From Takakia lepidozioides (Eukaryota; Plantae; Bryophyta), in assembly GCA_030704615.1 (NCBI GenBank), contig CM060733.1:69378001-69442000 (forward strand): a stretch of DNA of 64,000 nt, in the 5' to 3' direction. Below are positions 21,511-35,700 of the stretch, piece after piece. The notes beneath the pieces are model-generated. The model saw only the letters and a program-made list of their open reading frames with translations, searched no databases and was not told the DNA's origin. Position 1 is the first letter of the stretch, and every line of letters begins with the position of its first letter. The position numbers were made by a program, and so were the translations under genes.

Positions 21511-23655
21511 GAGATGTATGTCTTGTACAGAGTCCATTGCTATTGCAGAGTTCCATAATTGTTCAATTTCTTTTCCATTCAATCCATCTTCATTTCTTTT
21601 TTTCACACAAATCATGCATTGATATTGGGGGGGTTGGGGCAGATCCAACATGCTTTTCCATCTCATACTCTGGTAATCAAGATGATCACCACCTAGCTCA
21701 TGGAGGGGTCGGAAGATCCTCCATAGTGAGCCCGTCAGTTGCCAACATAAAAATGGAGCCTACAGGAAAGCACTCCACTCGTGGAGCAGAAGAGGTGACA
21801 TCCCCAAATTGCAAGCGTCAAACGTCCCACTCACCTTTGGGATTACCAGGTGATATCAATCCTGAAACTGGTCTACTTGGTACGATTTCCAAACCAACAA
21901 CTAGTCCTGACAAAACCCCCTGTAAATCCCATCGTCCCATGAGGAAAAAGCATTTGTACATGGGTGATGAAGCATTGCAGGATGTGGAGGGTTCAGACCC
22001 CTTCTCCAAGTCTGATACCAGCAAGGGAATGCCTACCTTGGATGCTACTACTCAGGACGATGCTGTCTCCCCACCTCCTCAGTTCAAAAACGGTGACAAA
22101 CGTGCTGCAAATGGACTTCATGGTGCACAGTCTCCCAAGAAGAAACCTAGAAAGCATATTGTGCCAGTAAGTGAAAGAGTGTCCGCAGCAAAGAACACAA
22201 GGTCTTCTGGAGTGAAGACTCGGCACACTCACAAATAAATAGTCATGTAAGTTTTTTTGTACCTTTCTACAATCTTTCATTTTTTTCATGGATCCCAATT
22301 TGACTCAAGCTTAGAAGGATTTGAAGCTTCAATTATTTGAGCCCAGGGACAGCAGAGCTGTGTCTTACATGTGACCTGTGGAAAGCTGATCGAAAGACTC
22401 AAACGCAGTGTGCCCTGTCTCTCATTTACACTCAGCCATAGGCTTCTCTCTCTGCCCTAGCATTTTCTGTTGTTGAGGGATAGTTTGGAGCCTTTGAAGA
22501 GTTCACAGAGAGACAAAGAAAATGGATGAGATCTGGTGTGGTATTGCTCAAGAGCCCTCACCAAATGCGCCTAGTATATGCTACACTTTAATATCAACTC
22601 TCTCTGGCTCTTCCCCTGCACATAGATTTCTTTTCTCGTGGGTGTGAATGCATACCACCAGTTCTGAAAATAGAAGGATGGTTCTGTTGGTTACTGGGCA
22701 CTGTCGGAAGCCTTTGTTTTTCTTTATTTGTCACTTATAACACATTTGCTTAGCATATCAAATTTGTGTTCAAGTACCCAACTGTGATGTGCACATTTGA
22801 GCTGACAGTGGTTCAAATGTTAGGAGCATAATCAGTTTTTAGTGTCACCAGAAAATGTCGGTCAGACTCCCTTATACCTTCATGGAAGTGTTCCCCTGCT
22901 ATATTAGGTTCTCCAAGTTCAAGATCACATTTGTCTATGGGCTGCTCAATGTCAGGGTTGTATGCAGGCTCAAGATTGGCACCAAATCCAGAGGTGAGAT
23001 GAGATAAACATCCTAGCCCAGAGTTTGGTTGAAGCAGAATCTCCTGATGGACAGCAGACTGAGGTGGAGCTTTGCATTGATCAGGGTCAAATCTAGGGCT
23101 GGATTGAGTTTGAAGCTTGAATCCCATTGAGCTGAGGAATTCTGTTCAAGTGCAGCTTTGGACTCGTTTGATTTTGGAAACAGGGTTGAGTTGATTTTGA
23201 AGCACAGATTTTGCTTGAGAAGAAAAGTCATGTTCACATTTGGGGTCAGGCTCTGCTTTGATCTCAAAGACAGGGTCGAATTGAGTTTGAAGTGCGGATT
23301 TTATAAGTAGTGAAGACTCATGTTTAAGTGTAGTGCCAGATTCTGGCTTGAGCTCAAACACATGGTTGAATTAAGTTTGAAGCATACATTCCAATTGATC
23401 TGAATACTTTGTGCTTGACTAGAGTGTTAGGTGTGGAGTCATGCTCCAAAATAGGATTATAGAACCACAAGAAGTCATGAATCTTGGCATGTTAGCCAGA
23501 CCACCTGGATGTGGATGGGGCATGCCTTGCCAAGTGGGCTACCTGGGAATTGCAGTTGGAGCTGGCTCTTCACGCGGAGCGCCTAACAAACATGGAGCTG
23601 CACAAAAATATCACTAAACTACGAACTACCAGGGATATAGCATAGCACAAAGAAA

Positions 23656-23685
23656 ATCTGATCTGATCTGATCTGATCTGATCTG
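23656..23685. repeat. (ATCTG)6 microsatellite
   Basis: Six exact tandem pentamers. Confidence 0.95.
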
Positions 23686-24899
23686 AGCATCTGTGGTTAG
23701 CAAGACGTTAGGGCTGAGTAGAAGGTCATGAAGGTATCGGTTTACTCCTTGTTTTGGATTCTCAAAGCTACTTCAAATGATTTACTCATCGACTTTGCTT
23801 GCCCCTGCATTATTATGAGATGCAGTTTCAAATCACACTCAATGAAACACTATTTGCTCACCAAGAGATCTTTGGGGACACACAGACTGCAGTCAATAAG
23901 GAAGATGAAGGTGGTTGTTTGGGGTAACTGATGATGATGGGCATTCAGGTCTAAGTGCTGCAACTTGTGGCTGATGGCTGGTCGATTCCATGGGTATTAT
24001 CGTAGTCACTAACTTGGGGCATCTCCACTTTAGGTCAATCATCCTTGGTGCGGCTATACTCTCGGTAGATGGGCTGGTTGGTCTGCAACAATTAACTATG
24101 AACTGAAGCAAGGGAGACTGATCCATGGGGTATGTTTTGATTCCTTGAAGATGGGTTTCCATCTGGTGAGGCAGTTGTTCTTTTCATCCTTGATACTTAG
24201 TTGCTGCGGCAGCCTGTAGTGAAACTAATTTCCAGTTGACATTAGGGCACTTACTGCATTTGTTTTCAGTTTTAAACCATGAGTAGATAGTGGGAAAACT
24301 AACCTATAGTCTTGCTTCGGTGTCATATTTGGGTATGGCTTCAGATGTGGGGGTTCAGTTCATCTCGACCTCATGACCAGCTGCTCATGTAGATTGGGTG
24401 TCTTGGAATATTTAAACTCTGAAGTCTGCCAGCGTCATGAGGGAAGGCGCCATATACGGGATTGTGATGTTTCATTAGTATAAAGCCATTCGACAAGGCT
24501 GCTGTTCATGAATGGCTGATGGGGATCACGATTCAGTTGTTGGGAATAGGGTGAATATGGGTACAACCAGAGTGGTGTGGTAGGGTCATATTTGTTTCAG
24601 CCTCTCAGTCTCTTAGTTTCCATGTGCCTATCCCGCTGAGTCACCCTCAATCTCAGTTTTTCTAGAGAGAGAGTGGGAGCAGCAAGGGGAGGTGGGGGGG
24701 GCTTATATGTATATTTGCAAGTGCGTACTTCACGAAAAAGTGTGGTGGGAATTCGAGCCTCTCTCTTGCCATTGCCTATAGCTCCAGTGAGTGCCAAATT
24801 CAAGATAAGGCACACACAGGTAGAAACTAGAAAACACGATGTGTGGATGTAGTAGAGAGATTTTTTTTTTTAATTTAAAAAAAAAGTACTAGAATTGAG

Positions 24900-24975
24900 G
24901 GAGAGAGCGGGGAAGGGACTTCGACCCGTGTCCTATGAGGCCCCAATGGGCACTCCTAACCATTACACTACCCAT
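24900..24975 (-). mobile_element. Possible tRNA-derived SINE head (degenerate)
   Basis: Minus strand reads GGGTAGTGTAATGGTTAGG...GGGTCGAAGTCCC: an A-box-like and an imperfect B-box-like motif at tRNA spacing, next to A/T tracts. Confidence 0.3.
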
Positions 24976-25332
24976 GTTTTTTCATGGACATTAGGTCATG
25001 TTTTGTATTTAAAGTTACTAGGGCTTCGTGTTGCTCCGCACTACTAGCGACGAATTCTGAGAACTATGTTCAATTTTTCACCAAAAAAGGTGGGGTGTTA
25101 CATACATACATCCCATATTTCATTGTTTTCCGGAAGAAGATCGGCAGAGTGTTGCCGAAGCTATCATATTATTTTTATTTTTCAAAGGAAAGAGGTTCGA
25201 AATCCTGCTGGTCCCTCCTCTTCGGGATCCCCAGAGTTTAGAAGCATAAAAAGGGGTGGGTCATCCCCAGAGTGTTACATACATACATCCTATGTTTCTT
25301 TGTTTTAAAAAAAAATGGTGGATTGTTGCGGA

Positions 25333-26440
25333 GGCTACCACATCTTGTTTAGCCATTCTGTCAAACGCTGAGAATGCATCCTTCATACCATACTTACCTA
25401 GCTTATTAGGCCGCGACCTAATAATTAATAAAAATGGAATATTATTAGGCAGATTCGTTTTTATTATTTAGGCACCTCACCTAGGTAATTTCCAAACATT
25501 ACGCAAGTATTACAGTCGACCCTCGATAAATGTTACCTGCTTTTGTGTTATGTCACCCTTAATGTTATGAAATCTTTGCTCTGTAAAAATTTACACTTGA
25601 AAATGGCATAACTAGAGCGTTATTTGATATGTGTTATGAAAATATGGCTCTCCTCTCCATAGTTGTTAGATCTTATGATGAGCCTTAATATAGTTGGTTT
25701 GAGAAAACATTCATCCACTCTTATTAAGGATCTACGGTTCTTATCCAAAGGCACCACGTCCATAACAAAATAACATCACGAATAATTATTTTTAACCTCC
25801 CTCAAAAAGGTAATTTTCTTTTTAGAAAACATAATGGTTTTGAAAATAGATGTTACCTCAACAGTAGTTTTTGAGGGACGTCAAAAATAATTATTGAGGT
25901 AATATTTTTTAAGGATATCGAGGATGATGATGTTCCTAACCTTAACATTCTCTCAAATTTAGAAGATTCACATGAGATACGTGATGAGACTTATGAGGAA
26001 TTAGTTGCATCAATACAGGCCCTTTGGAAGTTGTGTGGACATGAAATTTTAAATTGTAGGCAATTTTTGCCATTTATTTGGACTTTAAACAATACAATTT
26101 AGGTTTTTTTCTACAAAATTGGACATTTTGGTATTTTTTCACAATTTTCAAGCAATTAGGCACTTCTGAGTAAATTTTTCCAAGTTTTAGGCACATTTTC
26201 CAAAAATGTTCTAAATTTAATTAGGCACTTGATTTTGAATTAATTATTGCCTAATAAGCTAGGTAAGTACAGTACTCCCACATTTGGGCCTACCATCCCA
26301 CACAACTTGAGTAGTCTCTGGAATGATATCTCGGGCAATCCCAACTTGGGTGATGTCAGCATGGGTGATGTCAGCATCGACTTCTTTGCCCTTTCCAGGG
26401 CAACTTGGCTGGCACATGCATGAGAATACAAATGAACGGG
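25333..26440 (-). pseudogene. PPR gene remnant interrupted by a MITE
   Basis: Minus strand reads ..GKEVDADIT..GIARDII..KCGS, then the insertion, then KDAFSAFDRMA.QDVVA. Confidence 0.6.
25393..26267. mobile_element. Non-autonomous Tc1/mariner-type element (MITE), 875 bp, TA target duplication
   Basis: TA|CTTACCTAGCTTATTAGGC ... GCCTAATAAGCTAGGTAAG|TA: perfect 19-bp terminal inverted repeats around an AT-rich interior. Confidence 0.85.
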
Positions 26441-27169
26441 AGGTTTTGATACAACTGACAGATTTGTATTATGAATGTTCTTTATATGATATTTTTAAAT
26501 TTTCAATTGGTTTCGACCATGGAGCCTGGCCAATGATAGAGACACTCTACTTGAAAAAATGCTATAATCTTGCTTGCTGCATGATTGAACCTTCCTACTG
26601 CACAAAGCACTCTGCGTTTGACCTACCTGGAGACTAAATGCTAATCTTGAACCACAGGTGACTGCATAATGACCCTGTCTGCAGCAAATTAGCATTGGAA
26701 ACCAATTAGACTCAAGTCTGGACACCTTGCATACACTTGGGAGGCACTAACATTTCTCACATGACTGCAGGAGAGAAAAAAAATAGATTGAACAACTCGA
26801 AAACCCTAAAGTAGGTCAACTACGTCAACCCCTACCGACAAAGGGCTGAAAGGCCAGATGACAGGCGATTCTCCAAGGCATTGTTCAATGCAGGGGCCCA
26901 CATCTGCCCTCAACAATTAGTGTGAGTTGTGGGCAAACCCATGGACCACCATCACTTACCCTAATTCTGTCTGCAAGATTCTATGTGGCTAGCACCATTG
27001 TGGAATCATGCAGGTGACTTAGGCATAAGCTCAGTCGACAACGCTGCTAGAGAGAGCCCCGACATGATCATATGACAAGAATCAACTTGCTTATCCTACA
27101 AGCAGTTGACTGCTTGACACTGCAGCCTCAAACCCCCCGGCATTGTCATGGAACAGCGTCTAATTGGCA

Positions 27170-27560
27170 TCTACTGGTCGAAGAGAATGACACTGGCCTT
27201 GAGAACACAAATGAACGTAACCTTGTTGGGTGTCACCCCTTCCTGTATCATTTGCTCATAGATATCTAAAGCCTCCACACCAAACCCATGCTGAGCATAT
27301 CCTGCGATCGACATTGCGCTGGGATTGCGCTCCATGATACCACATCTTGCTCAGCCATGTTGTCAAACACTTCCCGTGCATCCTTTAAGCTGCCGCATTT
27401 GGCATACATGTTAAAAAGTGCATTTTCTAAAGATATGAGGCAACTCCATCTTTGATGATGTCAGCATGGACCTCCTCTAGGGCTGTTATGCTGGCACATG
27501 CATTGAGAATGGAAATGAAAGTGACCTTGCTGGGCGTTATGCCTTCCGGTATCATCATCT
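27170..27560 (-). pseudogene. PPR gene fragment
   Basis: Minus strand reads GITPSKVTFISILNACASITAL...[35 protein letters not shown]...YEQMIQEGVTPNKVTFICVL. Confidence 0.75.
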
Positions 27561-30059
27561 GCGGAGCAATATAGATATTGCATGGACTTCTATGGAAATG
27601 AGCAACAGTAGTGGAGTCTGTATAGGAAAATGGACATATGTGGAGCTATACAGATGCTGCAGGGATTTTCGTGGACCTAGGACAGATAGAAAGACATTAC
27701 ACATGGACGTACATGGACTTATGGAACATTAAGGAAGCGTCCAACAAAGTAATGGGAAAAGAAGGAGCCACTCATGAAAATGTTGGAGTGTGGGGTGCAG
27801 AAAGTACCCCAAGTGGAATAACATTGAGACAACAGCTTCTGGGGGAGTTTATAAGAATTGACAATGTTCTATGGATCATCGTGGACCATTGGGGCAAATC
27901 AGAAGACACAAGATGCCCTAACTATGTGGAAGAGGCTGAAGCAAGACTTTCTTGAAATGCATGGAAGAAAACAATGTACATTATAAAGCCTAAACAGTAG
28001 AAAACTAAGAAGGCAAATGGACTAAGTTTAAGGGAAAAAGATGGCTTGCCTTTCGGTGGAAGGTTCAGTCTATGATGCTTATGGACACCTTCACGTTCCC
28101 AAACCCTACCAACATCCACTGCTTCAGAAGCTGTTGTTGATGGGTTTTTTAAGCCAACACCTGACCACCAATCCGTATGCATCTCTTGCTTGCACTATAG
28201 TGTGAAAAAAAAGGGGCATAAATCCCCTTCTGTGTAATTCTAACTTTGCTTCGTCCAATAAAGAAAACAACCTAGTAATCTACCAACGGCACACGGTTAT
28301 GGATTTCCTTCCTATTGTTCATGATCAGAGTTCATAAATCCTCATCCATGCCGCAGCGGAAGAGAAAACATGGATGGGGATTTGAATCCTTCTTGTTCAT
28401 GATTTGCACAATTTTTATACAATTGTTCAGTGATACAACCAGCCCTATGACGGAGCTAATGGCAGCCTATGTGGACATCACCCTTGAGCAATACATGTCG
28501 AAAACCCTTTGTAATGAGATCACTGATAAAAGGAAGACAACTCAGATCTGCCATGAATTACAAGCCTAGTGATTCTCTGCAAATGTCATGGTTTTTCCTC
28601 TATCTCCCAGTTGACCATCCATCATTACCCCATTTACTGAGCAGCTCTCTCCCTTCCCAAACCTTTTCTCTCTCCTTTCTTCTGTAAAAATCCCTATTTC
28701 ATTTTCTTCCAACCAGGACCCTATCTACATGCAATGCAAACACATTCAGCCATGTATCCGTTCTTGGAATTAACCCTTGGTCCCACAAGACATAATCAGC
28801 TCCTTCATCAGTCTTTCTCTCACCCAAACAGACCCTTCCCACTGTTTGCCTCTAGAGACAACCCAGTTTGTCAGTCCGTTCCCAACCCTTCTATAAATCT
28901 GCATCTACACACCCCAACAGCTTACTTTTGCACTTTTAGATTTGAACCAACAAAGTCAGCAAACATTCTGTCATTGTGGGTGAACTACATCTGCCCTCAA
29001 TCAGCACTCCCATAGATATGTGCATCAAATCCATTCATCTCCACCATCTCCTGGTTTGAAGTCCAGAGTCCCCATTCCATTTTTCAAAAAAAAAATTTGT
29101 CCTCATCACTCTCTCAATTTTAGAGTGTCTCCACCCAAAATTTTACAGCAACTATTCCTAAGTGAAAAAGAAGCCTGGTATCCACGAACTTAGCTGTATA
29201 ATACTCCAGGTGAAGCGGTGGGTTTGCCTGCCCGAAATGGCACCTCACCATCTCTGTCAATAGCTACCCTAACTCTTCTTGTCGTCTGAATGCAACGGTG
29301 TTAAAAAAAACAAAGATCTATGCACGTCGAGAACCTGTCATCGCTCCGCCACTCCATCTTTCAGATATTCAACAATTCAAGCATTCATTAAGTCATGACG
29401 GCTCTGCTTTAGCCTATGGCAGCACCCCTGTCGCTTGCCAACTAACTACCCTATCCCACCATCTCTGTGAATCTACCCTAAGATCTGATATGATCTTATA
29501 ACAAGAAGACAGTAATCATCTGAAAGCTTCCTGCTCTGTACGTTCCACTCTTTACCTCCTTATTGACAGATAACCTGAGTCACCGTCCACAAGCCAATGC
29601 CCTCATTCTGGCGGTTGCACAAGTCAACATGCGGCTAAGTCAATAATCCCATCTCTGCCCGTCATCTGGCAGCAATTGCTTCTCCCACAAGTGCAGCTTT
29701 CAAGAATCGCACATCAATGCAATGGCGGCAGTATCAGTTTGCACACCCTACCTCTTTGGCAGATTGCTCGTTATGTCGAGCTGCTCCTTCACCCTAACTC
29801 ACCATTGATTGTGCCAGCAACCCCACCTTCCTGTTCCCTGGCAGCAGGCCGTTTCCCTTGCAAGCTCATCCTCCCATGATCGTGTTCATGAAGGTAATGG
29901 CGGCTCTGGCGGTTGCACCTGGCTTGAGCACAAATCTCCAAGATGTTCCCTGCACGATCATCCTCCAGCAAGCCCTAAGCTACCCAATCACCATAGTAGT
30001 GATGGCACCGCCTCATTAACTGACTGCTCCATCGCATGCCACACCGATCTCCCTGTAAG

Positions 30060-30640
30060 CATCTCATGTCCATGGTTGCATCGTCAAAGCTGGAATTGTG
30101 GCAGATGTCATTCTGAACAATACCCTTGTGGATAGGGAGTGTTCAACAATATGGCTGAGCAAAATGTGGTGTCGTGGAACGTGCTGATCGCAGGACATGC
30201 ACAATAGGGGCGGGGATTGCAGGTTTTGGAGACCTATGAGCAAATGGTTTGGGAAGGGGTGAAGTCCGACCACAAATTACGTTTGTTTGTGTTTGTAGTG
30301 CATGTGCGAGCCTACTAGAGAAGGGCAAAGAGATCCATGGCTGCATCGTCAAAGCTGGAATTGTGGAAGATTTCATTCTGAACAATACTCTTGTGGAGAT
30401 GTATGCCAAGCTCAAAGAGGAATTGGAGACATATGAGCAAATGTTGCGGGAAGGAGTGCAGCCTAGCCGGGTCGAGGCCAAGAGGGCAAAGAGGTCCATG
30501 GTGACATCGTCAAAGCAGGAATTGTACCATATGTCATTCTGAAGAGTACCCTTTGTGTTTGCAATGCGCATTGTATGTGCAAGCTTGGCACCCTAGAAAA
30601 GGACAATTATAAGGTCCATGGTGACATTATAAATGGGTGT
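30060..30640 (+). pseudogene. PPR gene fragments
   Basis: VHGCIVKAGIVADVILNNTLVD..VFNNMAEQNVVSWNVLIAGHAQ..ITFVCVCSACASLLEKGKEIHGCIVKAG..NTLVEMYAK, with stops and frameshifts. Confidence 0.8.
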
Positions 30641-31074
30641 TTGCTGAGATCATGAGATCGGGTCTTTGCTCTTGTCATAGATTGAAAACAAGTCTAGGGT
30701 AGTTTATGTCTAACCTCATTTTCAAGGACAGTCTTTGGGCACAAAACCCCTACAAGTTTTGGACACAACCCCCTCTAGGTCTACTCCCATTACAAGGATC
30801 AGAAATGCTTGGGGGCTTACATGCATGGAGCTGCGATGCTTAGACATCGGGCAATTACATTCTCCTTTGCTCTTTGCATCTGTTTACTGGTTCATGGTGA
30901 CATAGTCAAAGCTGGAAATGTACTAGATGTCAGCCTGAACACTGCCCTGAAGCCTAACATGGGGTTATTGCCAATGTGGCAGCAGGAATTATCCAAAAAC
31001 AGATAACGTAGATGTGGAGAAGCTCATTGGTGAATCTATGGTGGTTTTGTAGTGATTTTGACATGTTACTCTGA

Positions 31075-31945
31075 CCCCAGTCAATGGTGGGACAATCGAG
31101 GCAAGAAGGTGAATGTTTGTTGGATTATAGAGAATAGCAGATGCAATTGAGCGTAGGAACTAGTGTAATAAGTTGAGTTGGGTGCTTCCTAGAACAAGTC
31201 TAGGCTGTCATCGTCAACTGCTAGCAACAAGGCAAGGTTGTATGCATGATTCGTGCGAGGCATGGATAGCTGAAGGAGCAAGGATAGAGTGTGGGTGCAG
31301 ATTCACCCAAGAGGGCCGGACTTCAAGCTCCAGATTAACTATGAAGCTACAAGAAACCTGCATGGGTAGATGGTCAACTGGCAGCAACGGCACAATTGAT
31401 AAAATCAGACATTGTTAATGAAGGCATCTTCTTCAGCACATTTCACCCTGTTTTTCCCTCTTATCAGAATCGGCCCGAAATTTCCATGTTGAATTCTGCA
31501 AGTTAGCTGGTTGAGTGAATCTAGTTTGGAGTGACTTTGACATGATACTCCTATGTGACAACAGGAAAGTATCAAAAAACAAGTAACAGACATGAGGAGA
31601 AGCTGTGGAATGAATACTTTTCTGCCCCCAGTCAATGATGGGACAACCGAGGCAAAAAGGTGAATGCCTGCTACATCTCAGAGAGTAGCAGACGCAATTG
31701 TGCATAGGAACTAGTGTGATAAGCTGAGTTGGGTGTTTCCTAGAACAAATGTAGGTTGTCATTGTCAACTACTAGCAACAAGGCAAGGATGAATGCATGA
31801 TTTGTGCAAGGGCATGGATAGCTAAAGGAGCAGGGATAGAGTGTGGTCCAGATTCATCCTAGAGGGCCAAATTTCAAACACAAGATTACCTATGATTCCC
31901 TGTGGATCAATAACTACAAGAAACCTCCATGGGTAGATGGTCTAT
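31075..31945 (+). repeat. Diverged direct repeat pair of about 310 bp (about 31075-31380 and 31626-31945)
   Basis: Both copies begin CCCCAGTCAATGRTGGGACAA and end CTACAAGAAACCTSCATGGGTAGATGGTC. Confidence 0.75.
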
Positions 31946-32769
31946 TCCGTGGAACTCACTGAAGTCTTGCATTATGAGGATCAGAACTGCTTTGCAGCTT
32001 ACTTGCACGAGGCCTTGACCCTTAGGCAATCCCCAGAGCAGCAGTAGCTTTTGGGCTGCTTTTTTACTTTGTGTTTTTCATTTTGTCCCATAAGCTCTTT
32101 GAGCTTTCCGCAGATGTAATAAAGTTCCATTTTGTTTCATTTCATTCATTTTCATTTCATTTTGTTTCATGGCATGTCTTTCATCGTTTGTGCATTTCTA
32201 ATGCATGATTAGTTCTCATGTATGGCATTACATGCGTATGTACTAGTCGACTCACTACAAACACCAAAACTCCAAAGCATGAATCACTATGAATGATTGT
32301 TCAAGTAATTTCGAGCACTTCATTTAAAGTAGTAAAGCAGTGGTTGCGCCAACTTCCACAGTCGCAATTGCCACTGGGCATGTAGCACTGCAAGTTATGT
32401 GGTCTACTACCACGTGGCAGCTGCTCGTCGTGGCGCCGCCACGTCGGCGTCCACATCGTCGTCCATGTGTCACCGCGCTCCGGTGAGTCGGTCCACTCAT
32501 CCGGAGGGAAAAGTCAAAGTCAGCCCAAAAGGTCAGACACACGGGCGGCCCGCCTGGTTACACCACGTGGTTCTTCAACATTTATCGCATTAATCGCTGA
32601 GCAGTTGTTCGCGCGTCTGCGTCCTTTACCACTCCAATCATTGGATGTCCAACCCAATTACCACGTCTGTTATAACTAGTCGTTTGTAACTTCCAGTTGA
32701 TCCCATTTTTTTGACTTTTACGACTCAAAATGAGTCGTTACCCCAGTGGTAAATGACACGAATGCTTCT

Positions 32770-35700
32770 AGTGTTTGGACTGTGAGTCGTCCTGCAAAGT
32801 GTCCTCCGCACATGCTGTCGTGAGCTGACTCTAAAATCTAGGGAACCTCCTGTGGAGTGACGCATCGCCTCAAGAGTCCATCCAACCCCCTCCTGTAAAG
32901 TTGCCCTCCCACAACGGCAAACTTCATACTGCGCAATCGAAGTCGTCTTCGTGCGTGTCGATCCATTCCTGGTGGAAATTCCAGGGTGCTAAGATACTGA
33001 GCAATGTGCTCGTACCAAGGAGGAACCGTCTCAATCAAGAATAAGAAGACATCCGAAAAATCATCGTCAATAGGCTCGCCCCCCATCTTCTCTGACAATC
33101 GCGAGAGATGGTCGGCCTGGGCGTTAAGCCTTTCCGGTTTGTAAACTACCTTGTAGTCAAATTCCTGAAGTAAAATGACCCATCTTGCTATTCTCCTTGT
33201 CAGGTCAGGTTAGTTGATCAATCGCAATGCCATGTGATCAACAAAAAATGTAAATGGGGTCTCCAATAAATAATGCCGATATTTTTTTACGGCAAAAATC
33301 ATTCCCAGAGCCTCTTGCTCCGTGGTGTTGTACCTAGTCTCAGCGAATGTCAGCTGTCGACTGGCAAAATATATCGGATGATCTTGGCCATCAGCGTCTG
33401 GTTGGCAAAGGGCACATCCTACTGCCACCGCTGAAGCATCAACATAAACATGAAAAGGCGTGTTCCAATCCGGAGCTGCCAAGACTGGTGCAGACACCAA
33501 CTGTTCCCTGAGCATTTCAAAAGACTCCTGACACCCTGCATCCCAGGAGAATACCTGGTTCTTTTTCAATAGTCGAGTCAGAGGTAATGCCTATGCTGCA
33601 TACTTGTCCATAAATTTCCTATACCACCCTGTGTGGCCAAGGAATCCCTTCACTTTGGACGACGTCTCTGGTGCGGGAAGTTCGACGATGGCACTTACTT
33701 TTGTTGGGTCTGTCGCCACACCGTCTCTGGATACTATGTGTCCCAATAGCAGTCCATGTGTGACTGCAAATACGCACTTCATTGGATTGAGAGATATCTC
33801 ATTTTCTCTGCACCGGATGAAGCATTCTTGTAGTGCCACAACGTGATCCTTCGCATCCCTGTTGCAACAAAAGTCATCTAAGAAAATGACTAGATTCTTT
33901 CTCACAATGGAGAAAGCATACGTCATGACCCTCTGAAATGTCAGGGGTGTACAAGCCAAGGGGCATCCTTGTGTAGGAAAATGTTCCCCAGGGTGAGGTG
34001 AATGTGGTCTTCAGCACATCCTTCGGGTCGATCAACACTTGATTGTTGCCCGAGAATCCATCCATGAAAGAATAGAGTTCCTTCCATGTTACTTCTTCCA
34101 CTAATGTGTCTATAAACGGCAAGGGAAAATGATCCTTATGCGTTACCTTGTTAAGGGGGCAGAAGTCCACGCATACCCTTAATCCTCCGTTCTTTTTCCG
34201 ATCGATCACCATGGGGGACACCCAGACTGATGTCTCCACTGGAAAGATAAACTCAGCGGCTAGCAGTTTTTCGAATTCTGCTTTGATGAGAAGAGCCAGA
34301 TTGGGATTCACCCTCCTTTCTCGCTGCCGTCGTGGTGTAGCTCCCGGAATCAGGGGAATAGAGTGCGTGGCCACATAAGAGGGCACCCCTTTCAACTTGG
34401 TGTAGGACCACGCGAAGATGTCTCTAAATTCTTTGAACAAGGCCTGGTACTCTGCCACCTGTTCTACTGTCAAATGGGATCCAACCTTCACCATCTTGGG
34501 TGATTCTTCTCCTACCGCCATATCGACCAATTGCATTGTTGGCTCGGCTGTGAAGGTTGATCCTGGTTCAAACCTTGATCTGTTTGACCCTTGTTGTAAA
34601 TATGGAATGTAGGGGGCACTATGTTTCATCACATCCCTTTCTAGGTCGGCCTCCCCTACAATTCTCATTTCAATGATCTTGCCGTTCTCCTCCTGAGGAA
34701 TCTCCGGTTCCTGCAGACCAACCTGTTCGGCGGATATCGAAAAGAGCTCGGTTAGTGATTCGAACTCTGGAAGTGCCTCGGTTGATACCGAGTGTACCAT
34801 CACCTCCTTGCCTTGGTTTTCTCCGAACAACCAGGCGATGCAGTCTGCATCAGGCTTGCATTCATATAAACCCGAACCTAGGGACTTGACGGCGTCCTCT
34901 AGTCCTACCTTCCCTCGCTTAACCTCCCTGCGAGGCACGGTGCTGGTTGCTAATACTCGGTGGGCATGTGACGTTGGATGGATCTCTCTATCTGTCACTC
35001 AAGTCCGCAGATTCCTCTTTAGAACCAATCATGTTGAGCTCATCCTCATCTGTTTCGTGGTGAGGTGCTCCCGAAAGAAAAGCGACTGTAGTCGTGTAAG
35101 GTTTTATCCCATAAGTGATGGTACCTGCCCCCCAGTCCGTTCGAGCTCGGGACTGGACCAACCATGGCCTCCCTAGTAGGAGTGCACAGGAATACTCATC
35201 AATGGGGAAATCTATGATCTGGAAATCTACCGCGTACGTGTAGTCTCCGGTCTTTAGCCAAACATTCGCTAAGTGACCCACTGGTCTGATCTTCCGTTGG
35301 TCAGCCAGTCTGATAGTTAATGGAGATTCCCCTGTCATGTTCAATCCTAACTTTGACAAGGTGGAGAGTGGCATGATGTTGACTAAGCTCCCATCATCCA
35401 CTAAACAACGTCGTATCAGACGGTCTGCAATCTCCACTTCTATTTCTACTGGGCCCGGATCGACATGGGCGTTAATGTGGTGGGTCTGAGCAAAAGTACC
35501 TACTCGCTTCCTCACCAAGGATGCCTTGAGAGCATGTCGAACTGTTGGCGCCAGTGCTATGAGTTGGGCAAATGTAAGGTTTGTCTGAATGTGGCGCAAG
35601 TCTTCCATTAGATTATACGGCTCCAACTCATCGGTGAAGCGCATAGTGGAGTGTGTTCTCCTTTTGGGAAGCTTCGCTGGTGCTACTGGTCGATTGGCCG

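Noticed and set aside
21537-23400. Host genes in ORF 21537-22238 and the loosely repetitive minus-strand ORFs 22813-23361
   Set aside because: Low complexity, no recognisable domain, no paralog support and no splice structure established.
24900-24975. Functional tRNA gene
   Set aside because: The B box is imperfect and no acceptor stem or cloverleaf could be formed; kept only as a low-confidence SINE-like remnant.
25511-25540. Pogo-like terminus TACAGTCGACCCTCGATAA nested in the MITE
   Set aside because: No matching inverted partner was found.
29150-29780. Possible copia RT/RNase H remnant
   Set aside because: Only faint hints (AWY, IQQFKHSL); too degenerate to support without a profile search.
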